From assembly GCA_020057885.1 (NCBI GenBank), contig JAGVEX010000015.1, forward strand, positions 55,862-119,861: DNA of 64,000 bases, read 5' to 3'. This DNA is from a bacterium. Its GTDB lineage: Bacteria; Patescibacteriota; Patescibacteriia; Veblenbacterales; UBA10138. Shown one piece after another: positions 38,560 to 46,264 of this stretch. Under the pieces are notes generated by a model. It saw nothing but the letters and a program-made list of their open reading frames with translations, was not told the DNA's origin and did no database searches. Numbering within the stretch: position 1 is the stretch's first letter; each line of letters starts with the position of its first letter. The position numbers and the translations under genes were made by a program.

Positions 38560-41267
38560 TATTGCACGTGTTCTGCTATATTAACAGCTTCCAACCGATT
38601 TTTCATTGCTTCAAACTGAGTATAAGTAGCACTGGGATTATTCAGCAACGCATCAGCCTGCGCGGCTAATTGCGCTAAAGTAATACTTTCACCCGGCACT
38701 TGTCCTCCTCCTGCCCCAAAATAAGCAATACTAAATTTAAGCGCTAATAATTGCCCTCTTACTCTATTGCGCATGGTATCAGAATAACGGACAAATACTT
38801 CCTGAGCTTGAAATGCCGTACTAATTATTTCACTGCCTAAAATTTGCGGTAAAATCCATTGGCTAGGATGATTTATCCAATAACCTTTTGATTTAACTTG
38901 TAAATCTACACATTGCAACGGATCGTCATTAGTTACGGTGCAAGTTTTGGTTTCGCCTTGAACAATAATACCGCCGCAGCCCGCACCAATTGTTTTGGTG
39001 TAACCAAAGCTATCAACCTCGTCAACAATATAAGTGCCCGGCTCAACAGTAACTGCTGTACCATCTTCGGAACCAGGTAAATTAAGCACCATTCCGCTAT
39101 TCATACTTATTTTCATGGTGAAATCTCGGGCTTGTTTAGTGCCGCCATTATCATTAATAACGTGTTTTTTTACAAGCAAAATTGTATCACAGGTAGAACG
39201 CGTGCCTGTGGTATGTACTGTGTTACTCTCCACCCACTGCCAATTTAATTCATTAGCAGAAATTCGGGCAGTATTAGGAATATCAAATGGACCACAAGGC
39301 GGCTGCTTAATATTAGCGCTCCAGCTTACCCAACCCGATTGTCCCGGAACAACTGTGTGCGCGTTCCAGCGTAAAATACTGCCGTCAAATACCGAACCAT
39401 AATAACCCGCGTCAACATTACTGGAATGGGTTTCAGTAACATAAGTCAAAAGCGGATTAACCGTATCTTCTATCTTTACTCCCCCGCCCGTACAATTCAG
39501 CTTGCCAATATTCTTAAAATTAATAGTATAAGTTAACTGCTCACCCGGATTAGCAGTAGTTTTATTAACCTGTTTAGTAATTTGCAAAATACACTTAGGC
39601 GGCACGTAAACATCATTGTTTGTCACTATACAAGTTTTAGTTTCTCCGACCGCGATAGTACCAGCACAATCGGCGCCTAGAGTTTTATTATAATCAGCTA
39701 CAAAATTTTCATCCACGCTATAAGCTCCCGCGTCAAGCGTTACGTTAGTACCAGTTTCGGAGCCAGTAAACGAAGGCATTGAAACATTTGTACCAGTAAC
39801 ATTCATAGTGAAATCAGCTGCCAACTTAATACCGCCATCATCGTTAATTACGTGCTTTACTACTATCAAATGAGCGTGCTTATCCTCTGGCGGTTGGCAA
39901 ATAAAATTCGGATTATTGCGCGCTTGTTCAACTTGGAATGATAAATCAACTTTCAGCGAATCGGTTTGCGATTCGTTACCCATAGTAGAACCATTACAAT
40001 TAAGACTGTTAGCACTAATATTAGCGGTCAGAGTGCCGGCGCACCACGCTAAACCAACATAACTAGTTGTATCGCCAGCTAAAGCTCCAGCAACGGGCGT
40101 ATACAAGGCATAATATTTATTATCAAATGCCTCTTGAGCTGTTACAGGATTAGATAACAATGGTTCTTCGCCAGGCTCCCAAATATTATCGCCATCATCG
40201 CGCCATATAAATACTGTAACGTGTTCGCCGAGTTCGCCATTACCCGGGCCGTCGGTTGAATCTACCAATGCCTCTGGTTTGGTTAAACCATTATCGTCAT
40301 CTCTTAAATTGGTGGCCAAAAGACAGGCGTAAGCATCGTTTGTATCCACGTGCAAGCTTATAGTGTTCTCACCTTTATCGTTTGGCTTAACGCTATTTAA
40401 ATCAAAAAATTTAGTAGTAGGACCCAGATCAGTTAACTCCCAAGTGCTGGCGCAACTCTGCCCGACTAATGAATTCGAACGGCAATCTAAATTAGAAAGT
40501 TTTACTTCATCTAAAAATACTCCGTAACTTTCGTCCAGTCCGCCGCCCACAAACTCCACACGCGTAGTGGTGGATGTAGTAATTACTTCGTATTCATAAT
40601 ATTCCCAAGCTGTATTGCTAATAGCCGAACCATTGGCCGCCAAATCTGCCACTTGTGTACCGCCCAAATTAACTTTGAGTTTATTATTATCCGCTCCTGT
40701 GCCAGGCCGCGGCGAAAACTTAAAGCTTAAGCGATATTTATTGCCAACTACAGTATTCACATCCTGATAAATTTTTACCAAAGCCGGCTCGCCGTTTAAG
40801 CTACCATTTGGCCCATCCCAATCTGCATCAAGCTCGGCATATTGATTACCACTGCTTGGCAACCAACCATTCACGCCACGGTGAAACTCCACTTGAGCAA
40901 TCAGCGGCCTAATAGCCGACCCAAATGTTGTTTGGGTTCCTACCCATTCTACATTCCAACCAAGCGAGAGGGTACCCGAGGGGTAAATATCCCATTTTTT
41001 ATCCGAAGTTACTGTTGGATTCTCAAAATCACCATTTTGTAACAAATTAGTGCTGGTTGGTACGCAAGATTGTACCCACACGCCATCTTTACAAACTATG
41101 CCATTGTAATGCCCTTGGCTATCTACTTTAAGATTCAAATCACCCGCCACAAACGTATTGCCATTTGAAGATTCAGTATCACTAACAAAAGCACCAGTGC
41201 CACCGGTGATGATTATCACCCCCGCACCTATTGCTAATATTGCTAATAATAATTTCTTGGCTGACAT
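38547..41267 (-). CDS. Large secreted protein with SipW-cognate (TasA/camelysin-like) signal and N-module, followed by a DUF11-like domain and prealbumin-fold (Cna-B-like) repeats
   Basis: The N-terminus MSAKKLLLAILAIGAGVIIITGGTGAFVSDTESSNGNTFVAGDLNLKVDS matches the cog_SipW_sig-like pattern (GT.A.FSDTE.S..N.F.AG.L.L). Repeats such as LVKKHVINDNGGTKQARDFTM are shared with the LPXTG protein. Confidence 0.75.
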   Translation of the reverse strand: MSAKKLLLAILAIGAGVIIITGGTGAFVSDTESSNGNTFVAGDLNLKVDSQGHYNGIVCKDGVWVQSCVPTSTNLLQNGDFENPTVTSDKKWDIYPSGTLSLGWNVEWVGTQTTFGSAIRPLIAQVEFHRGVNGWLPSSGNQYAELDADWDGPNGSLNGEPALVKIYQDVNTVVGNKYRLSFKFSPRPGTGADNNKLKVNLGGTQVADLAANGSAISNTAWEYYEYEVITTSTTTRVEFVGGGLDESYGVFLDEVKLSNLDCRSNSLVGQSCASTWELTDLGPTTKFFDLNSVKPNDKGENTISLHVDTNDAYACLLATNLRDDDNGLTKPEALVDSTDGPGNGELGEHVTVFIWRDDGDNIWEPGEEPLLSNPVTAQEAFDNKYYALYTPVAGALAGDTTSYVGLAWCAGTLTANISANSLNCNGSTMGNESQTDSLKVDLSFQVEQARNNPNFICQPPEDKHAHLIVVKHVINDDGGIKLAADFTMNVTGTNVSMPSFTGSETGTNVTLDAGAYSVDENFVADYNKTLGADCAGTIAVGETKTCIVTNNDVYVPPKCILQITKQVNKTTANPGEQLTYTINFKNIGKLNCTGGGVKIEDTVNPLLTYVTETHSSNVDAGYYGSVFDGSILRWNAHTVVPGQSGWVSWSANIKQPPCGPFDIPNTARISANELNWQWVESNTVHTTGTRSTCDTILLVKKHVINDNGGTKQARDFTMKISMNSGMVLNLPGSEDGTAVTVEPGTYIVDEVDSFGYTKTIGAGCGGIIVQGETKTCTVTNDDPLQCVDLQVKSKGYWINHPSQWILPQILGSEIISTAFQAQEVFVRYSDTMRNRVRGQLLALKFSIAYFGAGGGQVPGESITLAQLAAQADALLNNPSATYTQFEAMKNRLEAVNIAEHVQYCAP

Positions 41268-41301
41268 TTGATAAATTGATTACTTAATATTATCTAAATT
41301 A

Positions 41302-42678
41302 TTAATTGAATGTTTGATTAGTATTCACGGCGTTGTATGTACTTGTGATAGGGCTAGACCATGTGAAATCAGAATATTCGTTTCCTGTTCCTTGAAGCTG
41401 TAAAGAATAACCTATAGGGGTAGTAGATGATTCAGTAACACCAATGTCAACCGACATCATACCAGCAGCCGGACCGTTTGCGGCTGTAAAACTACCACCA
41501 TAACTTAAAAATTTAACGACTGTATTATCCGACTTTACGAGTGCAAGACCATCAGGTGAACCATTCTGGACGCTAACCTTAGCAAACCACAATGTACCAA
41601 AACCTCCTTGTTGACTAGGAATTGTACTGGAAAGATTTATAGTGTCGTAACTTGCTTGATTGCTACCATTATACAAAACGACTTTCCAACCAATTAAATC
41701 CGTACCTGCAACGCCTGCAATTTCCACACCTTCATTGGCATCTGTCCCGGTATTGTCATAATGAATCTCATTAATCCATACCTTAGCTACCTCGCAAGCA
41801 TCCCCAATGCCGTTACTATCTGAATCTAGTTGGTCAGGATTAGAAATATTCGAACAATTGTCACAAACGTCCCCGACACCGTCCGCATCTGTATCTATTT
41901 GATCAGGATTATAAGTTGCAGGACAATTATCTCGCGCGTCAGCTATACCATCAACATCACCATCCACTGACAAAGGAATACATCGGAAATTGGTATTATT
42001 TCTGGCCTGCACTACATTAAAAGAAATATCACCAATCAGACTATCGGTTTGCACTTTATTTCCGATTCCAGCAGGTAAATTCCAAGAGACGCCAAGATAT
42101 CCAATTGTTCCGCTCGGCAATGCTCCCGTGCCTGTGGTTGAATCGTAAACCGGTAATACGCCGTTTATTGGATAACCAGTAGCCAATGTTTGCTCAGTTC
42201 CATTTTGGATATTGTCGCCAGCAACTCCTCCCCCTGTACCATCGTCTCTCCAAACAGTCCAAACCATAGTATTTTGTAATTCACCTTCGCCGGCTCCGCC
42301 AGTCGTATCAACCACACTTTCTGGTTCGGTTAATCCATTATCATCGCTAGTCAAATTGACAACTTCCGCGCAAACCCAGGCATCGTTGTTTATCACATGC
42401 AAACTAATAGTGTTCTCGCCGTAGTCGCCTGGCTTAACATCAGAAAAGTTAAAAAACTTATCACTAGTTGGAACCAAATCTTTCAACTTCCATAAACCAC
42501 ATTCGCTTGAGGCAACACCATTGTAACTGCACTGACTATCAACCTTAAGGTCAATCGCTCCGGCAGTAAAGGTATTACCAGTGGAAGTTTCAGTATCGCT
42601 AAACAAAGCGCTGGTACCAGCCACCACCACAGCCCCAACGGCTGCAAGAATGCTTAAACTTAAAATAATTTTCTTCAT
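41302..42678 (-). CDS. Secreted protein with SipW-cognate signal and TasA-like N-module, thrombospondin type-3-like Ca-binding repeats and a C-terminal lamin-tail domain (LTD)
   Basis: The N-terminus is MKKIILSLSILAAVGAVVVAGTSALFSDTETSTGNTFTAGAIDLKVDS. TSP3-like repeats follow (DGDVDGIADARDNCPATYNPDQIDTDADGVGDVCDNCSNISNPDQLDSDSNGIGDAC). The LTD-like segment is VWINEIHYDNTGTDANEGVEIAGVAGTDLIGWKVVLYNG. Confidence 0.75.
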   Translation of the reverse strand: MKKIILSLSILAAVGAVVVAGTSALFSDTETSTGNTFTAGAIDLKVDSQCSYNGVASSECGLWKLKDLVPTSDKFFNFSDVKPGDYGENTISLHVINNDAWVCAEVVNLTSDDNGLTEPESVVDTTGGAGEGELQNTMVWTVWRDDGTGGGVAGDNIQNGTEQTLATGYPINGVLPVYDSTTGTGALPSGTIGYLGVSWNLPAGIGNKVQTDSLIGDISFNVVQARNNTNFRCIPLSVDGDVDGIADARDNCPATYNPDQIDTDADGVGDVCDNCSNISNPDQLDSDSNGIGDACEVAKVWINEIHYDNTGTDANEGVEIAGVAGTDLIGWKVVLYNGSNQASYDTINLSSTIPSQQGGFGTLWFAKVSVQNGSPDGLALVKSDNTVVKFLSYGGSFTAANGPAAGMMSVDIGVTESSTTPIGYSLQLQGTGNEYSDFTWSSPITSTYNAVNTNQTFN

Positions 42679-42875
42679 ATAAATTAGAGTTAAACTAAAT
42701 TATTTTGGGCTATTGGCTACTAGCTATATGCTAATAGCTATTTAACGCCTCGGCTCTCTCCGCAAATTTTTTCGATTTACGAAGAGGAGCAGGCTTTAAA
42801 CGCCTAACGCGGTTATTGTTGTTTTTGTAACCAAATAAATGGTTAGAGCAACTAATTGCTTAGATATAACGATAA

Positions 42876-44258
42876 TTATGGTAACGGATTGTCGTCGTTC
42901 GTGATAGTACAAATAATGGCTTCGCCTTCATCAAGCGTAGCTGTACCACCGAGCACGGCTGGACACTTAATATTTCCAATAATAGATACGAAGGTGTAGC
43001 CCACGCGCCCTACCTCATTAATAGTGTGCGGAATGTTTGAATTTACCGCCACCGAGGTATTGTTTTGAACAAGGTTGCCGTCAATATTAAGGCCGAACAT
43101 AGTTGGTCCAGCGGTACCACCATTGTCATTAATCACGTTTTTTATAAGCGTGATATTACCAGGCAAGTCATTATTTACTATAGTGCAAGATTTGTTATCA
43201 CCTGCATTAAGAGTAACTTGACCAAACTGATCACAATCGGGTCCACTGAACGATGCTACATATCCCATAATACCTGTCTCGGTCACCACATAGTTACCTG
43301 GTGGTACCTGAACTGGTACGCCAGATGTAACTGGAAATGGTGTCATGTAATTATCAACAAATAATTGATAATCACCAACGACATTATTACCGCCATTATC
43401 ATTTACAATTTCTTTAGTAACTGTAATAGTTGCGAGTCGAGGTTTACCGTCGCAAGTGTAATTTGGATTGTGTCGAGCTTGTACAGCGCGGAAAGCAATA
43501 TCCATCGTCACGCCATCAGTTTGGCTTTCGTTGCCAAGCTGAGTACCGTTACAAGTAAACCCAGAACCCTGCGCTCCCAAAGGACTATCATAGTCGCCTG
43601 GTGTAACAGGATTAAGAGTCATTGTGCCATAGCACCAACCTTTGGCAATATAGTAAGTTTCGCCACCTAGCGCCGGGCCGGGTACACCGGTCCAAACGTT
43701 TGTATTGGCATCAGCCAAAACAGCTGAAAACTTTTTATCCTCACCAAATAAACTTAGGATGGTTTGCTCGCCGTCAGAAAGCAAGGTTTCGCCTTGTTCC
43801 AAAACATTGTCGCCATCATCCACCCACCAAACCATTTTAACCAAGTTGCCAAGTTCACCATCCCACGTATCATTCACGTCTTCTGGTGCGTCAACTATAA
43901 GCTCTGGTTCGGTAGATGAAATATCGTTGTTAGTTGTAAGCGACATATCCAAACACAAGTATGCGTCGTTGTTGTTAACGTGGAGAGAAATAGTATCCTC
44001 ACCCTCGTCATCTGGCTTTAGATCGGTAAAGTTGATAAGTAAGAGCCCGTTGCCTAAATCCGAAGGGCCGAAAGTAGTTATATCCGAAATCGCTCCGTTA
44101 TAGTAACTCTCGTTATCTACTTTAAGATCAATCGCGCCAGCCACAAAAACGTTACCGCTAGCTGTTTCGGTGTCGCTTAAGAAAGCGCTAGTCGCTCCAA
44201 AACCGACAACCACAGCTAAGGCTCCAATAACCGCTAAACTGAAAATTATTCTTTTCAT
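42876..44258 (-). CDS. Secreted protein with SipW-cognate signal and TasA-like N-module plus C-terminal prealbumin-fold repeats
   Basis: The N-terminus is MKRIIFSLAVIGALAVVVGFGATSAFLSDTETASGNVFVAGAIDLKVDN. C-terminal repeats include ITVTKEIVNDNGGNNVVGDYQLF...PGNYVVTETG..GY and ITLIKNVINDNGG. Confidence 0.75.
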   Translation of the reverse strand: MKRIIFSLAVIGALAVVVGFGATSAFLSDTETASGNVFVAGAIDLKVDNESYYNGAISDITTFGPSDLGNGLLLINFTDLKPDDEGEDTISLHVNNNDAYLCLDMSLTTNNDISSTEPELIVDAPEDVNDTWDGELGNLVKMVWWVDDGDNVLEQGETLLSDGEQTILSLFGEDKKFSAVLADANTNVWTGVPGPALGGETYYIAKGWCYGTMTLNPVTPGDYDSPLGAQGSGFTCNGTQLGNESQTDGVTMDIAFRAVQARHNPNYTCDGKPRLATITVTKEIVNDNGGNNVVGDYQLFVDNYMTPFPVTSGVPVQVPPGNYVVTETGIMGYVASFSGPDCDQFGQVTLNAGDNKSCTIVNNDLPGNITLIKNVINDNGGTAGPTMFGLNIDGNLVQNNTSVAVNSNIPHTINEVGRVGYTFVSIIGNIKCPAVLGGTATLDEGEAIICTITNDDNPLP

Positions 44259-44335
44259 AGCAGTGCATCTTTCCTCTTACCCTAATGCTGAAATCTAAAT
44301 AATCTCAAAATTAAGTTTGAGGAAAGTGGAGTTAG

Positions 44336-45184
44336 TTAGCGCCTGGTAGGAAGTACGCAAGTAAAGTTAGGGTTGTTTCTGGCTTGTTCAACACGGAAAG
44401 CTATGTTAGCTGTCATGGTGTCGGTCTGAGCAATGTTACCCAATCCATTACCATCGCAAGTTATGATTGCATTAGCAGTTGGTGTCGCGGCGGTTACATT
44501 CATTGTACCTGCGCACCAAGCCAAACCAATGTATCTTGTTGTATTACCTGCCAAAGGACCAGTGATGGAATTAGCTAAGGTGTAAGACTTGCCACCAAGT
44601 ACGTCGCTGGCTGGACCATAAAGGTTAGAGAATAACTGTTGCTCGCCTGCTTCCCAAATATTGTCGCCATCATCTGCCCAAGCAGTGAAGTAAATGCCTT
44701 GTGCGAGGTCACCAGTTGTGGTTCCATCGGAAGCATTTAGTACTGAGCCATCTACCAAGTCTTCAGGAGTTGTAATGCCATTGTCGTCGTTTGCAGTAAT
44801 ATCTACATCAACACAGGCATAAGCGTCGTTGCTGTCAACGTGAAGCGAGATTGTATTCTCACCAGAGTCGCCAGGCTTAACATCCAAAAAATTAAAAAAC
44901 TTTTGTGCACCAAGATCAGCTAGCTCCCAAGAACCATCGCAAGGTGTTCCGGCCTTTGGATAAGCGGCATCACCAGACCAAATATATGGATATTGACCAT
45001 CTGTAGTAGCAACACAAACATTACCATTGTAGTGTTGTTCACTATCAACAGTTAAATCGATAGCGCCAGCAGTAAAGGTGTTACCAGTGGATGTTTCAGT
45101 ATCACTGAAAAAAGCAGTGGTGCCAGCAACTACCACAGCCCCAACGGCTGCGAGAATTGCCAAGCTTAAAAGAATTTTCTTCAT
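44336..45184 (-). CDS. Secreted TasA/camelysin-like protein with SipW-cognate signal (shortest paralog, candidate major subunit)
   Basis: The N-terminus is MKKILLSLAILAAVGAVVVAGTTAFFSDTETSTGNTFTAGAIDLTVDS. It shares the core module (KFFNF.DVKPGD.GENTISLHV, WCAG, QTD...F..EQARNNPNF.C) with the other paralogs. Confidence 0.75.
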   Translation of the reverse strand: MKKILLSLAILAAVGAVVVAGTTAFFSDTETSTGNTFTAGAIDLTVDSEQHYNGNVCVATTDGQYPYIWSGDAAYPKAGTPCDGSWELADLGAQKFFNFLDVKPGDSGENTISLHVDSNDAYACVDVDITANDDNGITTPEDLVDGSVLNASDGTTTGDLAQGIYFTAWADDGDNIWEAGEQQLFSNLYGPASDVLGGKSYTLANSITGPLAGNTTRYIGLAWCAGTMNVTAATPTANAIITCDGNGLGNIAQTDTMTANIAFRVEQARNNPNFTCVLPTRR

Positions 45185-45265
45185 AGTATTTTATAAGGTT
45201 AATTGTTAATTAGTTGCTTCTGCTTTCAGCCCAATAAATTAGGATAAAAGCGAAGCTTTACGTCA

Positions 45266-45285
45266 TTAGAAATATAAATTTCTAA
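45266..45285. promoter_or_regulatory. Inverted repeat TTAGAAAT-ATAA-ATTTCTAA, about 80 nt upstream of the first TasA-like gene; candidate operator
   Basis: 8-bp arms with a 4-nt spacer in the upstream region of the minus-strand gene starting at 45184. Confidence 0.35.
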
Positions 45286-45299
45286 TTGATGTGGCACGG

Positions 45300-45580
45300 T
45301 TTTATTTTTAATAACGTTTATCGCAACGTTTAAGCGTTCGACCTTTGGTGGCCACATCGAGGGCTGAGGGTTAAAGCAAGGCACGTGCCCGGCATTACTT
45401 ACACCCTTAGCCCCCTTTTGGCCAAACCGAGATTGCCAAACTAATGAAGCCTCCACGGGCTTACGCCCGCGGTATCCTTCATTTCGCCTTGCACATTCAT
45501 CTACGACTTTACGGTCATAGTCTTCTGCGAAGGCGGATAAAAATTTAGCATGCCCCGTCTAACCACAAGGTGTGTGGCTT
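45300..45580. ncRNA. GC-rich ORF-free stretch within a 1.08-kb intergenic region; candidate structured RNA (class undetermined)
   Basis: GC is well above the flanks, with several short hairpins (for example CGGGCTTACGCCCG). The only ORF is not protein-like. The conserved cores of RNase P, SRP and tmRNA could not be recognised by eye. Confidence 0.2.
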
Positions 45581-46074
45581 AAAAATTATTAATTAATTTA
45601 ATTCTTCAGTTTGTGTTTTTCTTTTTTTCCAAAACAAAAAACCACTACTATAAAAATAAAGTAGTGGCTCCATTAGAGCACTTGGCAAAAAAATTGTGAT
45701 AACACCATTTCTTTAACCTATGTGACATTTTAATATAAGGTTACTACACAATTTAATAATTAAGCTGTCTAGGCCTTTTCATCTCGGTTTATTACCTTAC
45801 CGCACCACTAATAGGCTGTCAAGAAAAAGTTATGCACAACCCCCTTTTCCCCCAACCTCAAAACAAACCAACCGAACACTAAACTTATTCAGTTATAAAA
45901 TTTATGCCAATTTTAAAGCGTTTTATTTATTAATCCCTAACTAATACTAACTAGTAGGCGTTAGCATTAACCTAAATGAACCATCTGCTGGTTTACCCGC
46001 CTGCGACTCGATTGAACTCAGCAAAATTCGGTACGCAAGGTGGATAGGAGCAAAAATACGTAAATCATAAATTA

Positions 46075-46120
46075 ACCAACATAACACTTTTTGACGGCCG
46101 TCAAAAAGTGTTATGTTGGT
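46075..46120. repeat. 46-bp perfect palindrome ACCAACATAACACTTTTTGACGG|CCGTCAAAAAGTGTTATGTTGGT
   Basis: Read directly. It shares the GTCAAAAAGTGT / ACACTTTTTGAC half-site with the palindrome at 4080-4117, but with the arm order swapped around a GGCC core. Confidence 0.8.
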
Positions 46121-46211
46121 GATTTAGAGTTGTGCTTTGCGTTAATGAATCCTCCACAAGCTTACTGCAGATAGGCCGAGCAGATGCGAAGGTGGACAAA
46201 AACAAAAATAA

Positions 46212-46231
46212 GGCCGGACTCTAGTCCGGCC
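46212..46231 (-). terminator. Rho-independent terminator for the CAP-domain gene
   Basis: The GGCCGGACT-CTA-GTCCGGCC hairpin is followed on the minus strand by TTATTTTTGTTTTTG. Confidence 0.7.
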
Positions 46232-46264
46232 TTTAAGTTATAACCAACAATTTTACTCCAAGAC

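Noticed and set aside
45328-45335. GTTCGACC motifs (also at 2575) as tRNA or tmRNA T-arms
   Set aside because: Flanking sequence does not form a T-stem, acceptor stem or cloverleaf. No tag-peptide-like reading frame with an ...AA* ending was found.
45226-45456. 76-aa minus-strand ORF in the long intergenic gap
   Set aside because: No RBS or context, an implausible sequence, and it overlaps the GC-rich candidate RNA region.
4080-46120. The 42-kb interval between the two related palindromes as an integrated mobile element delimited by att-like sites
   Set aside because: The interval contains core ribosomal protein genes, rpoA, gltX, alaS, def and fmt. It is not an accessory island.
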